Shown here piece by piece: positions 12,501 through 24,020 of a stretch of DNA of 64,000 nucleotides. Made by a program: the position numbers and the translations under genes. Numbering within the stretch: the first letter of the stretch is position 1; every line of letters starts with the position of its first letter. The stretch lies in assembly GCA_043228905.1 (NCBI GenBank), contig JBHGNT010000015.1:2790001-2854000 (forward strand). Reading direction: 5' to 3'. The notes beneath the pieces are model-generated. The model made no database searches, was not told the DNA's origin, and worked only from the letters and a program-made list of their open reading frames with translations. Source of the stretch: Azolla caroliniana (lineage: Eukaryota; Plantae; Polypodiophyta).

Positions 12501-14826
12501 AATAAAACTGACGAAGTAAGAGGCACCGCCAAGAGACTGATGCGGCATTGGGCCACAGACGTCCGAGTGGACTAAATCGAGAGGTCTCGTTTCTCTTGGT
12601 GCTGATGTCGGGTGTGATGCGGCTGCTTGTTTGCCATACTGGCAATGCTCGCAGAATTGATGGTCCGAGAAGGAGAGTTTGGGGATGTATCCGGCTCTAG
12701 ATAGGTGCGTGATGCCGGCCTGGCTGAGGTGTCCTAATCTTCGGTGCCATAATGATGACACAGGAATATCCACCAAAAACAGGTTACCCTCTCTGAGCGT
12801 AACATGTAACGGATACAGTGAGTGTATCTTGGGTCCTCTAGCAAGCAGGAGGTTCCCCCTGTGGAGTGTCCACCCTCCCGAAGAAAAACCGGCACGAATG
12901 CCGTCTTCATCTAGTTGTCCGACTGAGATCAATGGTCTTGTGAGCTCGGGTACATGTCGGACATTGTGGAGTACAAGTGTAGAGCCCCCTGCAAGGTTGA
13001 GCTCTACTGTGCCGATTCCGACGATGTCACAGTGTTGTGAGTTGCCGACTCGAACTGAGTCGGAGTGACGGATCGTATATTGCCGAAATTGGGATCGATG
13101 AGGAGTCACGTGAAATGACGCGCCCGAATCCAAGAGCCATGTGCTCGATTCTTCAGTCGTGAGTAGAACTTCTGATCCGACTGGATTTTCTATTGATAGT
13201 ATATTCGGGTCGTCCGGTAGTACATCAGCTGAGAAGCTGACGTAATTGATCTCCTCATGCCGGCCACTCTTCTTGTTGTTCTTGTTCTTGAGTGCGCGGC
13301 AGTCGGCTTTGATGTGTCCGGGTTTCTTGCAATAGTTGCAGATTCGGTTATCCCGTGACTGGCTCCGTCTTCGCTGATTGTTCGGCGGCCGTGAGGAATC
13401 TCTTCCTCGTATGTTCGATCGGTCTGTCGAACCTTGTACTACGTAAGCGTCGTCTGTTGAGTCTTTGGCGAAAGACTTTCTCCGAGCTGCTTCGGTCACG
13501 ATTGCGCTCGTGACTTCGGAGTATTTAACAGCCGTGGTTGACGCGTTGCACACGGTTGTGACGAAAGTTTCCCATGATGAGGGAAGGCTGCTCATGAGTA
13601 TCATTGCTCTGAGTTCATCCTCGATTGCCGTCCCCTGTGACGAGATTTGGGAGCTTATGCTTTCGTACTCATTGAGGTGTGCTTGAACCGAGTCGGATTC
13701 TTTCATCCGCAAGTTGTAGAGGCACCGGATTAGAAACATCTTCGTTGCGGCGACCTTCTTTTCGTAAGTGTCCGACAGTGTTTTCCACAGTTCGAATGCT
13801 GTCGTACACGATTGCACCGTAAAATATACCGATTCCGATAGGTGCATCCGAATCGTGGCGCGGACGATTCTGTCCAGCTTCTGCCACTCAATTGGTTTGT
13901 ATCCTTCTGGAGGTTCTTCATTTTCGATGGGATCGATTTGCCCCTTGACTATGAGATAGTCCTGCATTTGCTCCTTCCAGAAGTTAAAGTTCGATCCATC
14001 GAACTTTCGTAGACTCATTTCTGACGAGCCGGATGTTGATGCCATCAAATTTGGTTTCGGTTGACGAAGCTCGGTTCGGAGTTGACTACGAATCTTGTTG
14101 GAGTGCAGCCTGTTGGCTCACCCGATATCGTTCTAGTCGGATTTGAACCCGAGTCGGTTCGGCTTCGGATATATATGCCGAATACCGATTATTGAAACCG
14201 ATTATCTGGACCGATTCGGCTTCGGGTGACTGCAGCGACGAGAGAGACGGATCCGACTGATCCTCCCGAATGTCGATCAGCCAGATGAAGCACGAATTTG
14301 GGTTGTTGTCAAAGTTGCACAAGGGGATTTCACCTCGAGCGGTTACGATCACAAGGGACAGAGTACAACCTGCTGGCTTACTCCAAGCAAGGGGATCTAA
14401 CGCGATGAGGTGCAAACCTCGTTTTTGTTCTTCTTCTCTCTTTCTTCGAATGACGCGAATACTGTGCAGGCCGTGATGAAGTGAAGAACCGAATGCTGTG
14501 CAGGCGGTGATGACGGCCGAACCTCTGCTCTGATACCAGATGTTGGAGACGAGGAAGGTCGTCTTTGCGGAAGATCAAGAAGCATTCGATTCTTCTGAAT
14601 ACCTGCGTATGACAGATTGTAGGTCGTGCACAGAGAGAGAGAGAGAGGGAGAGACACAAAAGACTTTCTTATTCCATAAAGCAATAATACAACATCCAAC
14701 CACACAAAAAGGTTACAAGGTCGCTATATATAGTGACCGACTTAGGGCAACTACCCTTTATGCTAATTACATAAATGGCCAAAACGGGATAGTGTGAATA
14801 CGTCCATTATACACATGTATTCGACA
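9553..14826 (-). mobile_element. Intact young Ty1/Copia LTR retrotransposon C2
   Basis: 286-bp LTRs 9553-9838 and 14541-14826 look identical; TSD GTGGT; PBS TGGTATCAGAGC at 14527-14538; PPT at 9839-9846; uninterrupted ORF. Confidence 0.97.
10032..14048 (-). CDS. Copia Gag-Pol polyprotein (gag, CCHC knuckle, protease, integrase, RT, RNase H), 1338 aa
   Basis: CNYCKKPGHIKADC, WLLDSGAS, HSDVCGP...DNGGEF...ERMNRT, YVDDML, YTDSDFAG...EAEY...SDSQGA...ADGMTK. Confidence 0.97.
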   Translation of the reverse strand: MMASTSGSSEMSLRKFDGSNFNFWKEQMQDYLIVKGQIDPIENEEPPEGYKPIEWQKLDRIVRATIRMHLSESVYFTVQSCTTAFELWKTLSDTYEKKVAATKMFLIRCLYNLRMKESDSVQAHLNEYESISSQISSQGTAIEDELRAMILMSSLPSSWETFVTTVCNASTTAVKYSEVTSAIVTEAARRKSFAKDSTDDAYVVQGSTDRSNIRGRDSSRPPNNQRRRSQSRDNRICNYCKKPGHIKADCRALKNKNNKKSGRHEEINYVSFSADVLPDDPNILSIENPVGSEVLLTTEESSTWLLDSGASFHVTPHRSQFRQYTIRHSDSVRVGNSQHCDIVGIGTVELNLAGGSTLVLHNVRHVPELTRPLISVGQLDEDGIRAGFSSGGWTLHRGNLLLARGPKIHSLYPLHVTLREGNLFLVDIPVSSLWHRRLGHLSQAGITHLSRAGYIPKLSFSDHQFCEHCQYGKQAAASHPTSAPRETRPLDLVHSDVCGPMPHQSLGGASYFVSFIDDSTRKVWAYPIRTKDRVFSIFSDWLAMVENQTDRKLKCFRTDNGGEFKSEEFVKFCRQRGIRREFTAPHSPEQNGIAERMNRTIQERIVSMLQHSRLSDGFWAEALLTAVHIINMSPSRPLGLQIPQELWIGSKPNYDKLRIFGCEAYALIPKDDRRKLAPRSRKCIFLGYGSDGEMGYRLWDPERRQIVRSSDVVFNESAMNPSIEKPIEVRRVTFSDVPTLQEGPALNTRSASRVAEPYTPDSDSSDSARPNDSLSDRPTSIPDATSPIIPRRSERLSQPPERYSPGIFFTDAGEPTSYEAASTSVDSATWHLAMESEMHSIRANKTWDLVELPRNRRALPCKWVYRLKETSDSTTPKYKARLVAKGFRQEYGVDFDEIFSPVVKMTTLRFLLGVVAADNLELIQLDVKTAFLHGDLEEEIYMEQPKGFVATGQEHLVCRLRKSLYGLKQAPRQWYKKFDDFIQSIGFSKSDEDHCLFTKPAQDGSPIFLIIYVDDMLISGRHAGELADLIRQLRLKFAMKDLGPARHILGMKISRHRDNRHLFLSQTDYIGRVLERFNMQSAKSASTPLPMNLRLSQRDCPTSGPEGEDMKSVPYAPAVGSLMYLMVATRPDISHAVGVVSRFMHNPGRSHWNAVKHVFRYLAGTKDHGILFGPNRTSGVVGYTDSDFAGCIDSRKSTTGYCFKFGNGAISWKSKLQECTATSTTEAEYVAASDAAKEALWLGRLAHTFRQVDHDSAPVVYSDSQGAVALSKNPVHHNASKHIDVRYHFVRDCVISGKIGLEKISTTDNVADGMTKCLSADRFRSLRHQMGVTTNQSG

Positions 14827-16335
14827 GTGGTCCCACCTGGTTGCGCCGAGTTGTAGTTCCGTTTCTGCCTGTGGACCACCCTGCTGTTCTGGTTCCCCTT
14901 GTGCTTCTTCTTGGTTGGCAGAGGGAGACTGCATTGACCTTTCCGGCTCTGGCGGGATGGGACTTGCCGGTGTTGCCGGTGGTGCCGGGGCTTCTGATTC
15001 CGGTGCCATGCGCACCGGTTCCGGTTCCTTCCTTGGCGTGGGAGTCTCAGTATGGGGAGCCGGTGTTTCCTCCGTCTGAGGGTCCGAACGTTTCCCGGCT
15101 GCCTCAACGGTCCTTGCTGACGACCGTCGCTGGAGGTGCTCCGTAGGCTCCTCCTCTATTTCCTCTTCCTGAGTCCCGGCATTGAGTTTTGCCGCCAAGG
15201 GGTCCGCTTCTCTATTCACCGGTCGGCGGAGTGTAACCTTTACGGGCCGTGCCGGTGGTTCCTCCTGCGCATCCGTTGGTCGCTTCCGGCTGCCGCTCTC
15301 CTTTCCCGCCTGTTTTGCATCCGCCGCCTTCCCCTTAGTGGCCTTAGAGGCCAACAACTGTTGTCGTTTGGAAGCCATCTTTGGGGTGCCGTCCGCCACT
15401 CTTCCTCGCTTTTTGGGCTGGACGGGTGGCACAAGCAAGGTGAGCCACTGCGTTACGGCGTGCCATATCCTCCGTCCGTCTCGGCCTTCTTTGCCGTCTT
15501 TGCCTTTGACGATCTCGATCGCCGCACACAACCTGTCTGCGATCAATACCGGCCAATCCACCTTGATCCCTTCATAGGTGGCGATGATCATCCCTGCCCG
15601 GTTCTGCGGCATGACAGGGGGTCTAGGGTACACGTGGCCGTATTCGTGGAGCACACGAGCAATCTCGCGGAACAACATATCTCCGCCACCCTCTGTCCGG
15701 TAGCCCTTGCTGGCTAGAGAGTACTCAACAAAATACCTGATGAGTTGCTCCGGGGTTGGATTGTCAATCGTGAGTATGCCTCCCTCCGGAAGGCCTGTTA
15801 ACGCTCGAATCGCCTCTGCCGTTATGACCTCTGTGTCGATTTCTTTGATCACTTTGTCGGCTTCTTTGTGTGGCGGTACTTCCATCGTCATCAAGAAGCC
15901 CTCGAGCCCGTGTTGCTTTAGCCATGTCTTGGCGGCTTCCGACAGTGTTTGCGGGTCCATGTTTGTGTCAAGGTCGGATTGCGGTGGCGAGGTTGGATGG
16001 TGATGAGAGTGAGATTGAGAGAGAGAAAGTTCAGAAGGCGGGGGTTCTCTGTGTGTAGGTTCTCGTCTGATGATCTTGCAGCGTCTTGGTGCTTCTGTGC
16101 TCTCGGGTTCGCGAAAGTAAAGGGTCTCTACGCGCAGTGGTTTTTGTTTGTGCATTCTGGCGCCTTTTTCGAGTGTGTGCATGTCGTGTACTAAAATAGC
16201 ATTATGTCTTGTGGTGGCGCTTTAAAGGCCCACTACGTACCTTTTCGCTCCTCGCTCTTTCATCCATTCATTCCTCGCTTTTGGATGATTGTTTTTTTTT
16301 TTTTTTTTTTGGTTATTATTATTATTAGTGTGACG

Positions 16336-19300
16336 TTACTTGTCCGTTGGTCCTCTTGAACCCTTACCGGCCTCATTCTCCCCAGTTACCGGCTCGCCGT
16401 CTCTGCTGTCTTGGTGGTTGCCGTTTCCCTCACTAGTGTCGGTCCTTTGCTCAAATGTGTTCTTAGGCATCGGTCCTCTATATGGCTTCAATCGGAATCC
16501 GTTGACCCATTTGCCTAGCACTTCGCCGGCAAGTGTCCCTAACTGGTAGGACCCATTATACTCCCGTGTTAGTCAATACGGTCCGGTCCATCTAAACCGT
16601 AGTTTACCCGGCATCTTGCCCATCCGGGTCTGAAATACTAACACCAGTTTGCCGATTGCGAACATTTTTTCGTTTCCTTTCCTGTGCCGGTCGACAAATG
16701 CTTTCCGTCGCTGTTGTTCCAATTCTAAGTGCAGGATGCTTGCCAGTCGTTGTTCCTCGAGTTCACACAACGCCGTTAACCGTATTGCCTCTGACTCCTA
16801 CTCGTTCAGCCGTTCCCGTAGCTGGATCCATAAGCTGGGTACTTGGAATTCCACCGGCGTTACCGCCTCTAGTTCGAACGCTAACTGGAACGGTGTTGTT
16901 CGGATGCTCGTCTTGTATGCCGTCCGGTATGCCCAAAGCGCGCTATGTAGCTTGGTATCCCAATCCGTTCGGGTTTCGTTGACGATCTTCCGGAGGATAT
17001 TCTGGAGCGTCTTGTTCGTTGATTCCGCTAAACCGTTCGCTTGCGGATAGTAAGGTGTGCTCCGTTTGTGGACAACGGCATAGAATGTCGTCAGGCTTTC
17101 CACTACCTGGCCGAGAAAGTGCCCCCCTTGGTCGCTTATTAATTCGATTGGGCATCCGTAACGGCACTAGATGTACTCGTATAGAAATTTCGCCGTTGAC
17201 GCAACGGTGTTGTCCCTTAATGCTTTGGCCTCCACCCATTTTGTGCAGTAATCCGTCGCGACGATGACGTATCGATTACCCGTTCTCATTGCCGGTGGTT
17301 TGAACGGTCCAACAATGTCCAGCCCCCACTTTTGGAATGGCTCGAGTGGTAGTACCGGCTAGTGTGGCATACGAGCCTGCTCCGTTGGTTGGCCCATTGG
17401 GTTGCATAGGTCACATTCTTTTGTGTACCGTACCGCATCTCTTAATGTCGTTGGCCACCATAGGCCACTTTGCCATATTTTCCTGGCCGTCGCATCTCCG
17501 GCATAGTGACCTCCGGCAACTCCGCAGTGGGCTTCCCTCAGTATCAGTTCCTTTTCATCGCTGCGCACCGCCCGTCTCCATATGCCGTCCGCGCCCTTGT
17601 GGTAAAGTGTGTCTTGCAGTAAGCAGAAATGTCGGCTTTGCACTGCCAGGCATTTCCGTTCGTCCCGGTTCATCTCTTCCGGAGGCAGTCCTGTGCTTAG
17701 AAACTGGTGCATATTTGTGAGCCACTTGTCTTCCTGTGCCACCGTCTCATTTGCTGCCGTCTCCGTAGTGACTCAAAACAGCTCCGCATCCGGAAACTCA
17801 TCCGCTACTCCGTCACCCGTCTCTTTGGACTCTAATTGGCTTAAGTAATCCGCCACGACATGTTGTATACCGGGTCGGTGGAATATTTCAAACTCGAATT
17901 CCTGTAACAGTAAGGTCCACCGGGCCAATTTGCCGGTGAGTGACGCTTTGGACACTAGGTAAAGGAGTGCCGAATGATCTACATGGAAGGAAAACTTCCT
18001 TCCCAATAAATAATGCCGAAACTTTGTCACACTGTAGATCATCCCTAGAGCTTCCCGTTTCGTGGTAGAGTAGTTCCGTTCGGCTTGGGATAGCTTTCGG
18101 CTGGCATAGTACACTGGCCGGTACCACTTTGGTTCCGTAAGCTGCATCAGTACGCTTCCGATTGCGATGTCGGAGGCGTCCACGAACACGTGAAATTCTT
18201 TACTCCAATCCGGAGGCTGCACTACCGGTGCTTGCGACAATAGTACCTTGAGGGCCCTATATGCCCTATCCTCGGTGTCGGTCCACTGGAATGGTGTCCG
18301 ATGTACGGAGGCATGCAACGGTGTAGCCAGGTCGGCCAAGTATTGGAGCATCCGGCTGTGCCACCGGATCTGGCCTAAGAACCGGCTTAATGCCTTTGCC
18401 GTTGCCGGCGCCGGTGCTTCTAATATGGCTTTCACTTTGTCCGGGTCGACTGCAATACCTTCCTGGTTCACAATATGTCCTAATAGCATTCCACTAGACA
18501 CTCCAAATACACATTTTGCCGGATTCAAGCTTAGCCGGTACGCTCTACACTTTTCAAGACAAAGGCGGAGGTGCTGAAAATGGTCCTCCTCCCGGCTATA
18601 GACGACGAAATCGTCAAGGAAAACCTGCATAAAAGCTGGAATATATTCACCAAAGATTTCCATGATGATTCGTTGAAATGTTTCCGGTGCCGTTTTGAGT
18701 CCGAACATCATCACCACGGCCACAAACACCCCCCATTCGGTGACGAAAGCCGTTTTCTCTTGGTCGTCGGGGTGCATCCGGATCTGATTATACCCGCTGA
18801 ATCCGTCTAGGAAGCTATAGACCTCATGGCCGGCGATGGCATCCAACACTCCATCTGTGAACGGAAGTGGAAACGCATCCGTTACCGTAGCTGCATTGAG
18901 TTTCCGGTAGTCCACACAAACTCGAATTTTTCCGTTCTTCTTCGGTACGACTACGATCGGGCTCAGCCATGTCACTTTCTTTACCGGACGGATAAAGCCA
19001 ACTCTTAGCAGTTTGTCGATTTCCTCCTTGACTTTGGCGGCATAATTGGGATTCATCCGGTACCGTCTTTGTGCCACTGGTTTTGCGTCCTTGCTCAAGT
19101 GAACCTGATGCTGGTATAACTGAGGGTTGAGTCCTCACATGTCTTCGTATGACCAGGCGAACACATCGCGAAATTCCATGAGAAGTGTGATCATCGCCGT
19201 TTTGTCTTCGGACTTCATCTCCTTGGCGATGTGCACCGGTTTTGCTTCGTCCATGGTCCCTAGGTTCACCTCTTCCAGTTGCGACGCTTTTACGTGCTGT

Positions 19301-20994
19301 GAAACAGCCATTTCCCGTTCTAACGCTTCCCGCACTTGCCGTAACTCCCGGATTGCGTCTTTATCCGGTTCTGCTTTAGCCTCTTCCGGTTGCGGTAAGT
19401 ATGTTGCTACTACTTCGGTAATGTCAATTTTGAAGAGGGGTATGATCTTCGGGTTTTCCTGCAAGTACTGAGCTTCTTCTTCGTCAGCTAACCCTTCTAG
19501 CATGTTGACGCATTCTGCATACAACGATGTACATTCCTTGCCAGTGCTCGTCCTTGGCTGTGTTGGTACCCGTACCTTGGCTTTTCCTCGCCGGAAGGTA
19601 ATTATATTTTTCCTCCAATTCTGTTTGATATGTGCCGTTTTCAACCATGGCCGCCCCAACAATAGCGGGTATGCGCCTTGTGCCTGTAATTGTAGCACTA
19701 CTGCCGAGATGTGAAATGTATGACCGCCGACGGTGACTTCTAATTTCCGTATTAATCCTGTCGGCCGCACTGAGCTTGTATCGGCCATCCGCAACTAGAA
19801 CGGACACGGCTCCCACTCGTGGATTCCTAGGGCATCACACGTCTGGAGGCTTATTACATTCACCCCAGAGCCTCCGTCTATAACTGTGCCGGGGAGTTCT
19901 TTCCCTTTTACAATGGCAATGATTACCGGACTGCTGGTGTCCACCATCGTTGGTCCCTCCTCCGGATTCGAGAAGAGTATCGGTGCCGTTGATGGTTCTC
20001 CTGCCGTCATGGCCGTCTTTAGTCCTTCTGTGAATCTTGGCACGAGTTGTAGGAGTCTTCCTAGTGGCAACGTAATTTGGCATTCTTGCAACGCCTGCCA
20101 TGTCTCGTTCTCGGAGTGACTACCGCCGGTAAGCCCTACGGTGTTCTCCTTTTGCCGCTGTAAGTCTGTGACATTCTGCTCGTTTGCTTTCTTTACCCAT
20201 TCCCTTGCTTGTTTCCGGATGGTCTCCTGCGTCTCCCATTCCTTGGCCATGCCCTTCGACCTTGTGGTCACCTACTGCAGATTTGCCACCTCAGGGACTA
20301 CCATATTTACCACCGGTCGTTTTTCATAGCTCTTCATCGGGCATTGGTTACTATAATGGCCTTCCTGTCGGCAGTAGTAGCAGTAGGCTTTCCGGGTATT
20401 GCTGGATTCAGCATTGTCTATTGTACCCGGGGCAGGTCCTGCGGTACGCGCGGGGTTTTGGACCGGTAGGCTGCTTGGAGCTCCTTGTTCCGGATCCCGT
20501 GGGTAGCCGCCTTTTTTAAAATGCCGTTTTTTGTTATAGCTCTTCTTATTGCGGTACTCTTGACGGGGTTGCCCGTTATATCTGCTGTATTCCTCCCGTT
20601 GCTGACGATACCCGGGGGAGTGCTCCCGGTCGTAATGTTCGTATCGTCTATTGTAATCCCGGTACCGATCATGCCGGTCATAGTTATCCCGCCGATCACC
20701 GTACTGGACATCATTCTCCCGTCGATCGCCATACCGGACATCCTGTGCCGGTCGGTCGCGGTCCATTCGCCGCCAACGTTCCTCTTCTTCATCTTGGCTG
20801 CTGCGTGGCTCAATTTGTCGAACGGGCGGTGCTTGCCGGTTCAATAGATTATACTCGCACCTATCCGTCGTATGGCTCTTGGATTGACAGATTACACATT
20901 GCGTCCTCATAGTGCATTCTAGAGCCGAGTGTCCGAAATTCAAGCAGGTTGTGCACTGTATTGCTTGCCGAAACCGGAGGTCTTCATCAGACGA
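16336..20994 (-). pseudogene. G1 gag C-terminus, protease, RT, RNase H and integrase (one original ORF with nonsense mutations)
   Basis: CYYCRQEGHYSNQC, IDGGSGVN, FLDDF, VDASD, HCGVAGGH...CDLC, PQANGLAE, RWTGPY; consecutive ORFs in the same frame separated by single stops. Confidence 0.92.
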
Positions 20995-21663
20995 TGTCGT
21001 GAAGAAAACTGTCCACGAGCGGAATCGGTGCACCGGAGCGTAGAAACCGACTCTTCATGCACAGGCGCCTTATGTTGTACATAGGAGATCCTAGGAAGAT
21101 TCGGTAGGTAGGAAGTAAAGGGGAAACGGCTTCGTCCTTGCCTATAAAAGGAGGGAGACGAGGAGGGGCGAACGATCGCGGAAAGTCGAGGAGGAAGTGC
21201 TGTCGGTTTGCGTGCGAAGGCTTCTCTCTCTCTCTCTCTCTCTGGTTCGCAAACTCCATAGCTCCCTTCTGTGCAGGTTTCGGGAGGCTCGCGCTGCTCT
21301 GAGGAATGCCCGTGTGCTTCCGGCAGCACCTCCAACCTGTTCCTTCCTTTCTGTGCGTTTACGAACAGGTATCGGCATCTGTTCGCAGGCCTGTTCGGTT
21401 GTAACCGACTCTGTGTTGTGTTGTTTGTCGTTTGTTAATACATACATACGTTTCTGTCTTCCTGTGTCGCTGTCCCACTCGCGTCCTTGTGTCGAAGGGC
21501 CGTGTCCCTGTGAATCTACTCTCGCACGTAGTGGGCATCTTCTCCTTTCTCTCTTGCTCTTTGGTACAGGACCCCCGAGGTCTCGCCTTATTCCACGCAT
21601 CCGCGAGGAAAACCTCGACATCTTGGTGAACCCGACGTGAAAGAGGCGGCAGAAGAGCAGAAG

Positions 21664-23790
21664 ATGAAAGGGTCGGATCTTGCAGAGGCCATGGCTTCGG
21701 CTGTGGATCGGATACTAAGCGCACGCGAGGGCTCCGGTGCCCTCGACAGAGCCATTGAGGCGGTCGTCGGTACGATCGGCCGGTTCAGCGGAAAGGATGC
21801 CACGAAGTATTTGGCGTCCTACGGGGCAGAAATGCTGATGCGGGACATTCCGGAAGAGAGGCGTCTTGCCGGGTTTCCTCGAGTGGCGATGCCGAGCATC
21901 CATGCGGAGGTGCTCGAGGTGCGGGCGGAGAGCCATACCTGGGAGGAGTTCGAAGGCCGACTCCTGGAAAAATACGGGCTGGACGACGCGCTCCGGCTTT
22001 CGAAATGAGACTTCATGGAATGGGTGGAGTCCCCCGACAAGGGAAGAAACGCGTCGGCACTTCTCCGGGAGTTCGAAGAACTCTTTGCGCGCCTTTCGGC
22101 GCTTGACCGAACCATTCTAGATACGAGCCGGGTCCTGCTGTTCGTCAAGACGGTGGACGAGCGGGACCGGGATCAAGTCGGCTCCTTGCTGGAAACCGAA
22201 GACGGGCTGACGACCGACTGGGCAGCGGTTAAGAGAGTCTGTGGCCGTTTCGACAAACGGCGAGAATAGGCTGATAACGGGGTGGCCGGTGCGGGGTCTG
22301 TCATAGCAAGGAGGCTTGAACCGGCACCGCAAGGGCGAAGGGAAGAAACCCGGGAATGGCTTGAAACCGGCCCGGCTTCGACCAGCATGGTCAGTGGCTC
22401 GTCCGGAGGAGCAGCGCTGGAGGAGTTGACGCGGGCGATAAAGGATCTCCAGATCGCCCAGACTCGAAGGGAAGGCGGCGAACCGGTTCGTGACCGACGG
22501 CTGGCAGTAGGGAACAGGTGCATGTGGTGCGACGAGGTCGGCCACATCCGGAAGGACTGCGGCGATTTCGCAGAAGCGTTGGGGAATCAGGTGGTGTACC
22601 TGTGGGAAGGCCGGGTGCACGCCGGCGACACCAGAAGGGCCTTAAACCGAAACGACGGACGAGGAGGTATGAAAAGACTGATGGAAGAGGCAGCGGCCCG
22701 ACACGTGGAGGCCATCCACTACTCGGCGTCGGCCGGCATTCGGGTCGGGGGCAGCGAGGCCCGAAAGGAGGGCAAAGACGGATTCTGGTCGGCAATGCTG
22801 GAAGGTCTTGTCGACGCACGGTTGAAGAAGGATGAAACGGACCGCGCTGAGAGACGGGTCCGGGAAATAACCGGGTGGAGCGATCCGGTCGAGGAGAAGA
22901 CGGGCTTCGTAGAAGCCGCCTGCCAGAACTACGAGGCTCTGGTAGAAGACAAACGAGTGGGGAAAGCCGGAGCGGCCGGGCCTTCACAACGGTACGAGAC
23001 CCGATTCGGGCAACGACGGAACGATGCCGGTGGGTCCAGCCTGCAAGATAACCCTAGGAAGGGCGGATACCGACTGGGGACGGAAATAGAAAGGACTACG
23101 GACCTACGGAAGGTCCTAGAGGAACGGATCCTCGACAGCAAGGTGGAGCTGTCATTGCGGGAGGTGCTAGGGATCGCCAAGAAGGAGTTCCACGACTCCA
23201 TTGTAGACTTGGTGAAACGGAAGAGGCTGTCGACGGAGACGGATCCGGAAAGACCGGTAGAGGTGCGGACGACGCACATCGACGACTCGGCGCTGGCAGA
23301 TGAGTGGGCGGAGAGCCACTATTCGAGGCCACACTGGGCACGAGCGACCACGGAGACCCCGGTAAAGATTGGAGATGTTCGGGAACCGGTGGTGGCGTTG
23401 GTGGACCACGGTTCGGAAATAAACCTAATGTCCATGGACTTCTATAAGAAGGGGAAGTGGCCGATCAACACCAAGCACGGGTGGAAGATACGGGCGGCGA
23501 CGCGCGCCACCGAGGAACTGCATGGGGCCTGCCCGAACGTGCGAGTCAAGATCGGCGACGTCGAGATTGACCAACACTTCTTCGTACAGGAAACGTCTTC
23601 GCACCCGGTCATATTAGGTGAACCATACATCACGGTGGCGCGAATGGAGACCAAGGTGCTAGACAACGGTTCGGCCTACGCAAGGGTCAAAAGCCAGGAC
23701 GGGCGCCATTCGGTCCAATTTCTGACCGTGAGACCGAACCACGAGCGGAACCGCGAATCCCTCGGTGGCGAGAACCGGGAGGATTTTTAG
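21664..23790 (+). pseudogene. G2 Gag-protease ORF1 (two in-frame stops)
   Basis: In-frame ORFs 21637-22008, 22015-22269 and 22282-23790; CMWCDEVGHIRKDC; HWARATTE...LVDHGSEINLM protease. Confidence 0.88.
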
Positions 23791-24020
23791 AGAGGGCTGC
23801 CAAGGCGTGGGGCCGAGACAGTCCGGACACTCGGGAAAGACCCCACAGCTGTACGATAGAACCGAAACCGAAGAAACCTTGTACGATAGGTAGAAAATTC
23901 TGCTTCTCCGGCAACGGAGGGTGCATGATAGTCGGCATCGTTGGGCGAGAAAAGACAAGGGCGGAAGTGTGACTTCGAGCGTGCGGAGTTCTCGGCCCGG
24001 ACGAGGAAATCAGCGGAGCC

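Larger units (their letters stand above)
7901..16182 (-). pseudogene. G1 accessory ORF (~1000 codons once C2 is removed): N-terminal globular domain, low-complexity linker, coiled coil, conserved W-rich C-terminal domain
   Basis: Excising C2 joins ...ATRWDH to PSTSEPICQTSVQAQQG in frame; ORFs 8801-9514 and 7901-8470 share a frame and are separated by three TAG/TAA stops. Confidence 0.8.
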
